Below are positions 49,720 through 60,785 of a stretch of DNA of 64,000 bases, piece by piece. The stretch covers positions 36,580,001 to 36,644,000 of the forward strand of contig CM060733.1 in the NCBI GenBank assembly GCA_030704615.1. The letters run 5' to 3'. Each line of letters starts with the position of its first letter. The first letter of the stretch is position 1. Under the pieces are notes generated by a model that worked only from the letters and a program-made list of their open reading frames with translations, did no database searches and was not told the origin of the DNA. A program made the position numbers and the translations under genes. The DNA is from Takakia lepidozioides. Taxonomy: Eukaryota > Plantae > Bryophyta.

Positions 49720-50159
49720 GAACCGCCGTATACGTCGTCTCTCTCCTCCGGTGACAATGGGTCCAATGTCAGGCTCCCAATTGTCCTCCGTAACTGCAAC
49801 CTTAAGTCCAGTGGGCTTAGAGGTAGAGGACGTGTCCAGTGGTTGCTATGTTGCAACCTCTTGAACAGTACTCCCTACCTGCTCAGTCAGTAACAAGGCC
49901 TCATCCTGCCCCATCATCTCATCCTCAAGGACTTCCTCCACCCGAGAAAAATCCCCAACCTCATTTTTCATCGTCACCTTGGCTGCCAACTCCCTCTGAA
50001 CCTCGAGCACCTCCCACGTGTGCCATGGATGCCTACACCCCGTGGTCCTCACATGCTCGCCCCCACTCACTGCCTGTACCGTCTCGGTAGGCAGAGAGAC
50101 CATCGAGGGAATTGTACTCCGCACTCCGCGTTGCTCAGCCATAGCCAAGCTGATAATCT

Positions 50160-51075
50160 AGGTCACGCAATTGAGATCCATTGCTTGCCCCAACACTTGA
50201 CGACGTGATGCCTCAGAAGAGACGACACCGCCGTGGTACTAGTGGTAAAACCCATTGCCCGCTCACGCTCGTCAGTATTAGGCTCCACTAACTGCTGCAA
50301 CTGAGCATCCCACAGGAGGCCAGGTCCACTATCTCAGAAAGCATGCGATCCTGGGAAGCTGAGCAGTGTAGGTAATGCTGCTCGTGGTTGACCCACCTTG
50401 TTGACCACTGCCAAAGGCGAACGGTCATCATGTCTCACACGCTGAGACTGCCTCTCTGTGTCCAGAATGCTATCCACTGTGAGATGTGTTGGCCGCAGCA
50501 CCCCATCAAATGCACGCAAGAGCAGTGCGGGTGGCATCAAGTTAGTCCACCATAGCCGTGGACGATGAGCCCGTGACCCCACTGTAGCTGCATCTAGCAA
50601 CACTGCTGACCCAAGCCACGACCGACTTGATGCACACTGGCCATCACCCTGGCCCGAGAATCGCCCATCAGTGGCACATTCTCCAAGATGTATGTTGGAG
50701 ATACAGCTTGATGAAGCTGCAAGTGGCGCAAAAACCCGCACCATCTCCCAAAAACAGACCCGACCTCGAGTCTCGCAATCCATTGTCATGCCCGACTGAT
50801 GAATGCCCTTGGCAGGCCAACCTGCCACTACCAGATCAATGGAGCCAACCCGCCTCCAAATCCTGGCAAGGCCTGCTGATATCCACGAATTGCAGACACC
50901 GACAACAACTCAAGGTACCGCTGCACCAACTGAGCAACATGGCGAAGTGAAACGCGTCGTGCAGTCTCATCTCTCTCCATATACAGGTACCGCTGAACTC
51001 GTACACCTGCCTGTAACACAGCAGCCAATCCGTGTCTAATCCCGCCAAACAAGTCCAGAAGACAAATGCCTTCAT
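50160..51075 (-). pseudogene. DNMT3-like C5-cytosine DNA methyltransferase domain embedded in pol
   Basis: Motif I LLDLFGGI, II YMERD, IV IDLVVAGWP/CQG (50819-50809, -1 shift), VI YILENV (50683-50675), VIII LLDAATVGSRAHRPRLWWTNL, IX-X ERERAMGF..RRQVLGQAM, all in canonical order. Confidence 0.9.
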
Positions 51076-51349
51076 CCGGATAGTGCCACACAATAGGTGT
51101 GGTGTCCAATGGAGACAACTGAGGTGGTCCTGGTGCAATCCCCGCACTCTCTCCTCCTCTCCTGACGGTACAAAAGCCTCCACCCAGGCTTGTTGCACCC
51201 GTCGATCAGCATCCCGCTGCAAATCCTTGCTCGTGCCCCACAATGGAGTCTGAGCAACCATGGTAGGCAACTCCGCCATACCATACATGTCATCTTGCTC
51301 TCCCGGAGGTGGCACATCCTCTGAATGAGTGTTGCCCTCAAGCAACTCT

Positions 51350-51840
51350 CTAGGCCAACTCACTGCTGAGGTGAATGCTGCTAGTGTCGGCATCTTGCCT
51401 CACTGGGCAAACCGCAACTCCTTCTATGAACGTCACAGGGAGCTGCACACGCCGGCCCTCCCTGACTGCCATGCGACCTATAGGAAGCTGATTCCTCCCA
51501 AAGTCCAGGGTGAAGCCCATGGGTACAACACTGCCCCACCAACTAGGACATCGTATGAGACCGCAATCTTCTGTCACAATGGCCTTGGCTCGCATCACTG
51601 AGCCATCTGTAGGGTGATCCGGCCGTAGTTTGATAGCCAACTCACGCCGTGTCATGCCCTAGCCTGCTCCGATCCTCCCAGAGACGTCTGTATCTGGAAA
51701 GGACAAGGCTCCATATCCGCCTCCGTGAGGCCCAAGCCTGCAATAGCAGCTCTGCCTAGCATCAATGGCTGAGCTCCCGAGTCCAACAAGACCCGCAGTG
51801 GTCGGTACCTCGTGGCCACCCTCTCTGCCTTCCGGTCCAC
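51350..51840 (-). pseudogene. Aspartic protease of copy 2
   Basis: RVLLDSGAQP catalytic motif, located between gag and the MTase. Confidence 0.8.
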
Positions 51841-51899
51841 TCAAACAGAAAATGCATCCTGGTTGTCTAACATGACAACTCCAGGTGTCACAACCATGG

Positions 51900-53895
51900 G
51901 CGCCTCAATGGCTACCTATCCGGCAGCTTCCTCATCCCTGCAGCTGCAAGCTTGCCATGGCAAAACCGCCGTGGCAGTCTTGACCCTCAAATCCCGAGGA
52001 TCTCTCCGTCACTACAACAAAACTACAAACCTCCCTCCCCAATGACATAGGTAACCTCCGCTCGGTTTAATAGTTAAAAATTTAAAAGTCGGGGGAGGGG
52101 AGAAAGAACAGTGTGCGGAGGAAAAACTAGAGGTGCCATGGAATGGCGTCGACACTGTCTCCGCCAATGTGAATGAGTGAGGAAGCCTAGCCTGACGGCT
52201 TGCCTCCCCACGTTGTGGATCCAACTCCACCTCTGCACCTCGTGGCTCAGGAAACTCGTGCTGGTCCCTCGAGTCACGGGGCTGCAGCAGACTCCACCTG
52301 CACTAGTGGTAGTGCTGCTCCACACATGAATCCCATGCCTCCCATATCTCCTCCCTCAGGAGGAGCAGGAGGTGGACCATCCGGCCTTAGAGCCGGTACC
52401 ACCTGAGCTGTAGCCATGGCAACGAGCCTCTGCTCTAGCTGCTGAAGCCGGTTGGCCATGCCTTGGTCAACACCCTGACCTCCGCGTCCTTGGCCATGTT
52501 GAGCTTGCCCTTGGGCCTGCACCTCAAGGCTGGCCACCTCGTCCTCTCTGGGTTGATCCACCTCGCCCCCGGCCACCATTGGTTCCCTTGGAACTGCCTG
52601 GGTGCAACTCAGGGATGCAAACATAAACACTGGGCCTCTCCATTGCCAGTGCTTGCCACAACATGCCCACACTGCAACTGTGCAGGCTATGCATGTGCCG
52701 ACCCTTTGCCTCCCTCTGGGAATCCTTCTTGACATGGGGTCCTCCACATGTCCAGCACACCACATCCGCCCGTTGTTGGCCAGCAAATGAAGGGAGAGAC
52801 CCCTGCATCTGAGGTCCTCTCTGCCCTTCCCTGAGCTTCACTGAGCCCCCTTGTTGCCTTGAGCACTGTTGAGGTAGTGGTTGGCTAGGAGCACCACTAC
52901 CCCGTGGTGTCTCCTTAGCAAATCCCACCATGACCACTTCGTTCCTCCACCATGTTGAGCTCTATTCGCTCTGCCAGCAAAAACACATTGCTAAGGTGGG
53001 TTGGGCCGCTTGTGAGTGGAGAGTTGCATCCCGCACCCTTCTCCTCAGCTCCTTGTCCAATATCCCATACCAGAATTAGACTGCTTGAGCTTCCGTAACC
53101 CCTTGGGTTACATTTATCAAGCGCCTCATGCGAGTGAAAGCCTCCCTCAAGCTCTCGGTCGGCTTCTGTTGGAAACTCTTGCAAGCTCCGCAACTTCTCT
53201 GTCCTCACCCCTGGTAGTTCCCTATCAACTCTTCGAAGAACTCCACAACAGGGTTGAAGGCAGGCACGGGTACTAGTGCTAGTGCGGTAGTGGCTTGGGT
53301 GGACGTTGTAGCTACTGTACCACCAGTCCCACTAGTCCCACTGCTACTTGCTGAAGTTGCCGGTGCAGCGGCAGGTGTAGCCACTGCCCTCGCGGGCTCT
53401 AGTGCCCCCTAATGATAGAGACATAGTCGGGTGACCAGTACATCCTCCACTCCTCGATCTCAACCTCATGCCCCCGCCTGAACTCATGGTAATCATCCAT
53501 AGGCGGCCCCTCAAGGTGCTGAAACAGCCCCTTCCATGCCATGAAAGGCGTAAATAGTTGTGGATTGCGCATTTGCTGCAAATCACACCAACTATCAAAC
53601 TCTTGGATAAAATCATTCAACTCGATGGTGCCCACCGCCCCAGAGTACCTTCGTGGCCCCTTGGTAGCTCCATACATCTCCTCCATTGTGTCCCACAACA
53701 ATGGCAAAGGAAAACAACTTGCACCGCCGGTATGAGTCCTCCTGATTCACAATCCGAATCAGAACCTTCCGTAGAAGACACAGGAGGTGAAGGTGGCCTA
53801 AACCGCACACCTTGTCTCGTGTACCCACTAGTATTGCTAGTGCTCAAACCGACACTGTCCCCAACAACTAGTGGCACCTTCGTGTTGACACTCAA
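51900..53895 (-). pseudogene. gag of copy 2 (frameshifted)
   Basis: Collinear with 4754-6925, with ELNDFIQEFDSWCDLQ and CWTCGGPHVKKD. Confidence 0.8.
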
Positions 53896-54589
53896 CCGGT
53901 CATGAACATTTCCCTAACCCCCTCTCCACAAGGTAACCGGGGGTACAGAACCTGTTGCGGCTTATGGTTTGGAATACTAAGTTCCTAACATAGCCTACAC
54001 CTGTACATGCATCCACCGCAAGCACTCCTATGGTTGGCTGGTCATCACCTCCAACCTCACCACAGGAGAAACAATGATGGTTTGCCTGGTCATCACCCCA
54101 GCCTCACCATCGACAGCATGCTCTAGGACTGGCTGGTGATCAAATCCGGACCAATCACCTATAAAAACAAGCGCCCACACAAAACTAGCATGGCGCACAG
54201 TCAAGCATGCAGGTATGGAGGGGATCCAAAAACACAAGAAATCAGAACGACAAATCCCCACAACCAAAAAACAAACTCCACGGTGTTGCTCCTGCAAGGA
54301 CACCCCAGCCCAAACCCGGACTGACTCTTGCCTCCACCAACGGAAAGGTCTTGGGCTAATGAGATGGTGAAACTACGAGGAGGAGAAGCTAAAGCAATGC
54401 CTAACCCCAGCATGCCCTCATCCCAACACTCTTCATCTCCTCTCTTCCCTTACTTGCATGACCATGGGAATATCATGAAGATACTCCTCAAACCGCCATC
54501 CACGAGCTTCAAAATTTGGCCTTCAAGACCACATGTCAGTCCTTAGGCAGTCCACCAGTGCCTCCACGAGTCAGCATAGGCCGTCCACA

Positions 54590-54868
54590 GGTCAACACGG
54601 GCCACCACAGACCAGCATAGGCCCACACAGCTCACTGGTCACAGCCGTCCCACAGCCCACAACAGGCCACAACCCTACACAGGTCGCAGGGGGTCACAGC
54701 CCTCACAGCCCCTCACCCCACCCACAGGCCACATGGCACAGCCTATCACAGCCCTACACAGGTCACAGGGGTCACAGCCCCAGAAGCCACAGCCCGTCAC
54801 TGCCCCATAGGCCAAAGTGCACAGCCTGTCACAGCCCGTCACAGCCCCACAGGCCATAGGGCACAACC
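54590..54868. repeat. CACAGCC/CACAGG micro-repeat tract
   Basis: Dense CACAG(C/G)C units, absent from the homologous position of copy 1. Confidence 0.65.
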
Positions 54869-55817
54869 TGTTGTCGCGCGGCTTTTACTCACCCATCCCT
54901 TCGCTATTCGAGGCGGAAACTCCAAGATTGAAGAGTTGGAAATCTCTAAGTACTCAGCCCGCGCAGAACAATCAGTCTTGACCTACAGCTAGTGTATCAT
55001 GGGGGTGTTTCCTATTTGTTTCCCTTATGGTATTCATGTTAACTATCTTACCATTGATAATTAAGTATCAGTTTGCTTTATCAATCTATCTATTGGATTC
55101 CATCAACTCATCCATTCATTCCACAGCTTCTCTCAGATCTCTCTACACAGTGTGATTGTATCGTAAAAGTATCCGATTATGATTTATCAGGTATCAGGCC
55201 GAAGCCATTGTGTCTCTAATCTCCTCTACAATATCATTACAGCCTTGCATATATCAAGCATCTATTCATCATCTCTCTATCTTCACTTCCGTTCTTCATC
55301 TCTGCCCGATCCCCTCTCCTCTATCACCAAGAAGTCCTCCTCCGAATCCTCTCCCTCAATTCCCCGTTTCTCCCTTTATCTTCCTATCCGCAGTTCTAAC
55401 CGTTTCCCTCACTAACCGTCGTCTATGAACTAACATGTTCCCTTCGCAGGTGTTGTTGTTCCCACAGTCGTTCCCTGTCCTACTCTTCGTTCCCTATGAT
55501 CGTGACAGCTGTGACGTCATGTGTCTGTGTCAGTGTGGGTGTGTGAAACTGTGACTGTAACTGGGGCTGTGACTGTGCTGTGCGGCGTGTGTGTGTGGCT
55601 GTGTCGGGCTGTGTCGGCTGTGTCGGCTGTGTCGGCTGTGATGCTGTGACGACTGTGACGGGCTGTGTTGGCTGTGTTGGCTGTGACGACTGTGTAACCC
55701 CCCTCTACAGTGCGCTGCTGTCACCCCTAAGGCTCCTGTTGGTCTCAGTCTGTGCAAAAATTAAGGGTACCCTACAGATCCCGTATAAGTGTCTAAGTCC
55801 CCGACAGTCCTCTAACA
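54869..55817 (-). repeat. 3' LTR of Athila-like element
   Basis: TGTT/AACA inverted termini, adjacent PPT, and internal GGCTGTGTC repeats at ~55505-55700. The partner LTR is not in the window. Confidence 0.75.
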
Positions 55818-55868
55818 TTACCCCTTCCCCCCTCAAAAAGCCGTGTCCTCACGGTTTACTGATTTCGA

Positions 55869-58800
55869 CTAGCCAAACCTTTGTGAGTGAGCACCTTCTT
55901 GACGTTGAGAGTTTCTTGGCGGACTGTGTGTACGAGCCCGAGGTCTGTGTCTGGTTGACGGAGATGGTTGATCACTACCTGGATAAGTGAGGCCCTCTGG
56001 AGGCTGATATCGAGGTAATCTTTCCGGCATAGGAGATCCCCTTCGCTTCTTCTCTTCCATCTGAATTGCATAGTCTTCTCCCATGTCAAAAGAATTCGGT
56101 GAAGAAACAGTTGTATCAGAATCCTCATCGCCTCTCAGGTGTTTTAATTTTCGAACTTTTTGTGGAATCATCTGGGGCATACAATGTTGTCCACCATGTC
56201 TGGAAGTTTGTATTTTACAACTTGGTGTAACCGCTGAACAGCAAAATTGGTGTAGACACTGAGCTCCTTGTCTGTCCAGGTGAGTGGGGTACCAATTACT
56301 GGTGCAGCGTGCAAGTACTTCCATGCGACATGTCCCTTATAGAAAATGTCATCAATGCCGAATGAATTTCTGTGTTGACAAATGGTTGCAGGCCGCTTGA
56401 AACCATGAACGAATTTGAGAATCCTTTTGCATCATAACTTTTGGGTCATATAGGTACATATGAGGTGGCACCGAAGGTAATACCCAATGATCTCCACTGG
56501 AATAACTTTGAAAGCGTGTTTGCATCTTTTGTTGCTCAATGTGATATCGTACCAGAAAACAAGCAGCGTAGTATAACCCGCACCCCATGACAATACTTGC
56601 TATCCCTTGGTCTTGGTATAAATGAGTCCATGTACAACCTGGAAAGCAATCAATTCCCTCAACATGGTCCCTGCCTCGTGCCAGTATTGTGCAAAGTGAT
56701 GATCTTCAAATGTCGATTGTTCGGAAGTTCTTAAGAACTTTGGTGCCTAGTTGCCTGGTAGCCATATACGCATGATTTGGTAGTAATGTGCGAATGACTG
56801 CGGATGACTAAATTCTTTCCAAGCCAAATCCAACATGATGGGAATTTGGTTGAAGGGCATAATCATAGCCCTACTGTACTCCCTGGCAGCTGGAGTTTTA
56901 GGTGGGTTAAAAGCGGCATTGCCCCATACCTCCTGCTGTGGTGGCTGTGGTGTGGTTGTAGTAACCACAGGTTCAGCTACTGGTACAGTGACTTGTTGTG
57001 GTGGTGGTGGTACTGGCTCTTGTATCATTGGCATCTCCTGCACCTCCTGTGAAGACTGAAAAGCCAAAGTTCTGGCTTGTAAATAAGAAGCCATTAGCTG
57101 TTCCTGAGGGATATAGACTCTTTGGTCGATGTTTGAAGTGAGGTCTTCCACTTGAGTCTGCAGTCCGTCTACATCCTCTTGTAACTCTGCTATCCTACTA
57201 TAGACATTGTCTATAGTAGTTGTGGCAATGTTCTGCACCTGCAGCCTGAGCTCATTCATCTCGCTCTAGGTGAGCTTCCGTGGTGCTTTGCCCTCTACTG
57301 GTCCTTGTGCTAACCAGACCTGCATAAGGCTGTTATCCACCAAGTTGCTTGTGTTTCCCCTGAGAGTTTGCTCTTCTCTTAGCTTGTACAATTCCAACTG
57401 CTGTTGTAAAGCCTCCATGCGCTTCGCCTGAGGTTCAACCAATTTCGCATAAGCAGCAAGTAGATTATTGGCTTCCTTCCAAGCCTTGTTATTGACCGCG
57501 ATTTCATTTCTATTGGCCATGATGGTTTTGTTGCAACTCCACGATGTGCTTCTCTTGATCAGCTTCAATCTGCCTGTATTGCTTGAAAGTATCTTCATTA
57601 CGACAGATTGTATTCTTCATATCGACAATGAGCTTCATTTGCTCAACATTCTCTTCTTCTGCCTTCGTACATTTTTCCGCTTGACTGTTTATTTCTTTTG
57701 TTGATTGGTCAAGCATAGTTGTAAATGTAGCACATTGTATCGCCATCTGTTATGCACTGTCTGCAACTCCGTATGTAGTGCATTCAGTTCTTGCAACTTG
57801 CTTTCATGCTGCACCTGCATTTGATATAGCTGTTGCTTATGTGCTTCATGCAATTGGTCTTGCGCGAGGCCTGCCTCAATCAATTGTTGCTTGGCCAATT
57901 GCAAAGCCATTTCTGTATTTCCAAGTCCTGCTTCATCTTGAGAGTGACCTCTTCATCGACCTTGTTTGCACACTCAGTGGCAAGTCGAGCTTTGTAATTA
58001 GCACATTGTTCGCCAGCCTTTTATGCACTGTCTGCAACTCCGTATGTTGCATTTTGTAATTAGCACATTGTTCGCCAGCCTTTTATGCACTGTCTGCAAC
58101 TCCGTATGTTGCATTCAGTTCTGCAACTTGCTTTCATGCTGCAAGCTGGCATTTGATATAGCTGTTGCTTATGTGCTTCAGCAATTGGTCTTCGCGAGGC
58201 CTGCCTCATCAATTGTTGCTTGCCAATTGCAAAGCCATTTCTGTATTTCCCAGTCCTGCTTCATCTTGAGAGTGACCTCTTCATCGACCTTGTTTGCACA
58301 CTCAGTGGCAAGTCGAGCCTCAAACTCCTTCCTGAGTTCCTCTTTCAAGGCTGTCAATTGGGGTAATTGGAACATGGATTTGACATAAGTCCCCAACAAA
58401 TTAAGTGTCCTGCCTATGGAACTCATCAGCATTGCCTGTTGGGCATCATGGTGAGGTTGCTGCTGTTCCTCCTGATCTTCAACAGTGTGATGCTCACTAA
58501 CCATTCAGGCCATTGTCCCACCGGATTTTTCTTCCTGAACTACTTCATCTATCACCGGTGCTACAGTGTATGACCTTCCGCCTGTGGTACCTCCGACACA
58601 GGTGTGTGTATTATATGCACCTCAGGATTTCCCTTGGGCAACTGTTGCACCTCTGGGATTTTCTGTCTCCTTGACCAGACCAAATATTCATAGAGAAGGT
58701 CCCCCTTCTCTATTTCCTGCCACTATCTGTTCTGTAGTTGAATATCTAACCCTTCACTTTCCAATCAATTATTCTGGTTGAGCTGCATGGATAACTTGTG

Positions 58801-59964
58801 ACCTTGTGACAAGTCGTTCAAGTGGCTGTGATGGTTGTGATGCAGAAGTAAACTTCCTCCTCCCTCTCTGAAGGTCCTGCTTCCAGTAATAGCATTTCTC
58901 TGTGCTGCTGTGCCCCTTCCTGGCCATGAGCTTGGGAAACATTATCATGCGGAATCCGTGAAGCCAGTGGATCCGCCACTACAGTCTTTCCCGTCTCTGC
59001 TCTTAGTCTCGGGTTGCCTGCTATCCACCCTCACTGTGTGAAGAGCCTTGCTCTTCCATTGCAGTTGTTTCTGGCTCAAACACTCCATTTCCTTTCTTTC
59101 TTTGCGCATTAAGTATGCCAGAATCAAGGATTATTTGAGCAATGATTGGGCCAGACACTATTATAGGAGACTTTGCGGTAGTACCTTGTAATCTTTTCAT
59201 CTCCTCTACCAGTGCGTTGTACATTATGTCCGCCCATTGTACCTCTCGTCCCTTCAGGCCTTTGAGTATTTCCTCCGTGAAGGATCTGCTCAAATACTGT
59301 TGGTTCTGTTTCATGGCATCAGAACGTTCAATACCTGGCCTACCTCTTTAACCCTGGTACACAGCCTTGGTACAGCATAACCCTGAGTTTTAAGGAAACT
59401 CCCTTCTTGGAATAAGTCCTCTATTTGCAGTCTTGCCCTGTGTTGCTCCACATGCACCTGACCTGCTGGCAATCGAAACAATTGCTGGAGGTATAGGGGA
59501 GTAATCATTAATTCAACTCCCTTCACCGTTGTTGTTCCTGTCCTTGGCTCAAAGTTCTGCAAAAATTGTAACATGTACTGTCTATGGTGTAGTGTCCAAT
59601 CTAGGCTTTGCAATCCTTGCAATCTCAGCTCCTCCAGTATCTGTATCGCCTGTGGGGTAGCAATCGTTTGTTTCTGCAGAATTGTGGTGCTCTTCACCCT
59701 GATTTCCTCCATTCCTCTCACTCTCTTCATTTTAGACTCACAGAACTGTTTTGGCTGTAACAACTGCAGGAATGCCTGTAGTGCACAAAGCATAAACGTA
59801 TGGTTGTCGCAGAAAGCTATGGGTAATTTCTTGTAAGCCTGCGGGGCTTGCAAGCATCGCTCAAGAGAAAAGCTCCGCTCTGTCCTTTCGTGTCTATGCC
59901 ACTGCGTAAGTAATATTGCGAGCGTATAGTCTGTTAGTTCCTCCATAGTTTCCAGGTATAGCAT
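55869..59964 (-). pseudogene. Extra ORF region between integrase and PPT (ATHILA-ORF1/Transposase_32-like domain, coiled coil, Cys/His-rich tail)
   Basis: QFLQNF..TVKGVELMITP..QLFRLPAG and GREVQWADIMYNAL..GPIIAQI. Q/E/L-rich heptad ORFs at 58504-56747. All on the pol strand. Confidence 0.6.
57721..58318. repeat. Tandem duplication of ~265 bp plus a ~62-bp partial copy
   Basis: 57721-57990 recurs at ~58055-58318 with many 1-nt indels. A partial copy lies at 57991-58053. Confidence 0.85.
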
Positions 59965-60419
59965 TGATGGTCTGTCCTGTCGAGACGCCCGTTACTCAGA
60001 ACGACGCCGCCTCTTGCGCTCATTTCCCTCCATTTTCTTGATCCTTTCTCTGGTTTTCTATTGGCTGTATCCGCTGTGACTGGATTTTTAGATTTATCTT
60101 CTTTAGTGGACTTTCCCTGTTGGATAGTCCACTAGGATCACACATGTGACAAGAATTCGGCTTTTCTGTACTTGCCGTTCGTTCCGTTTCCCTTTTTCCG
60201 TACTCATTAATGGGCCCGCCTTTCATCCCTTTTGACGGCCGTTCTTGTCCTCTTTCTTTTTGACACCTGTTCTTGCACTTCCTTCTCGGCTGTGTGTCGC
60301 GCCCTGACCTCCACGTGTCTATTTTTAAAGTAATTTCCGTTTCTTCTTCCTTCAGCCATTTTCCTGAAGTTATTATGTGTCCACTTGTCACTGATTCTAT
60401 GGATCGTGTAACTTTAGTA

Positions 60420-60660
60420 GGCTGTGTTGAGCTGTGACAGGCTGTGTCATACTGTGTTACGCTGTGATAGGCTGTGATGCACTGTGGTAAGCTGTGATAG
60501 GCTGTGACACGCTGTGGTAGGTTGTGATAGGCTGTGTTGCGCCGTGCTGGGCTGTGATAGCTGTGTTGCCGTCCTTGCTGGGCTTGTGATAGGCTGTGTC
60601 ACGTCGTGATGGCTTGTTAGGCTGTGTGCGCCTTGCTGGCCTGTGATAGGCTGTGTCACT
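60420..60660. repeat. ~30-bp GCTGTGATAGGCTGTG tandem repeats downstream of pol
   Basis: Repeated GCTGTGATAGGCTGTG units. Confidence 0.75.
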
Positions 60661-60785
60661 TCTGTTTTGCCCACCCTGGTCATATATGCTGGGCCTAGCG
60701 ACAAGTGTTCATACTCCGTTCGTAACACTGGTGCAGCCCGTGACTGCTCTTGCGGTTCAACATGCAAATCATGCTGCAGGGGTTT

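Larger units (their letters stand above)
45773..54868 (-). mobile_element. Split-direct-repeat Ty3/gypsy-type retroelement, copy 2 (gag-PR-DNMT-RT-RH-INT-PHD); 5' end displaced by a nested LTR element
   Basis: A(45773-45949), B(45951-46277), A(46280-46455), PPT, then pol and gag on the minus strand. The 5'UTR is homologous to copy 1 up to ~54565. Left flank is CATC. Confidence 0.9.

Noticed and set aside
52010-52140. CACTACAACAAAA resembling a CACTA left TIR
   Set aside because: It aligns as a corrupted version of copy 1 (4857-5130). No partner TIR or subterminal repeats.
45773-54868. DIRS/Ngaro tyrosine-recombinase classification suggested by split repeats plus an MTase
   Set aside because: It has an aspartic protease, an HHCC-DDE integrase and (in copy 1) a 4-bp TSD. 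No YR motif was seen, and the MTase is C5-cytosine type rather than the Dam-like type of DIRS.
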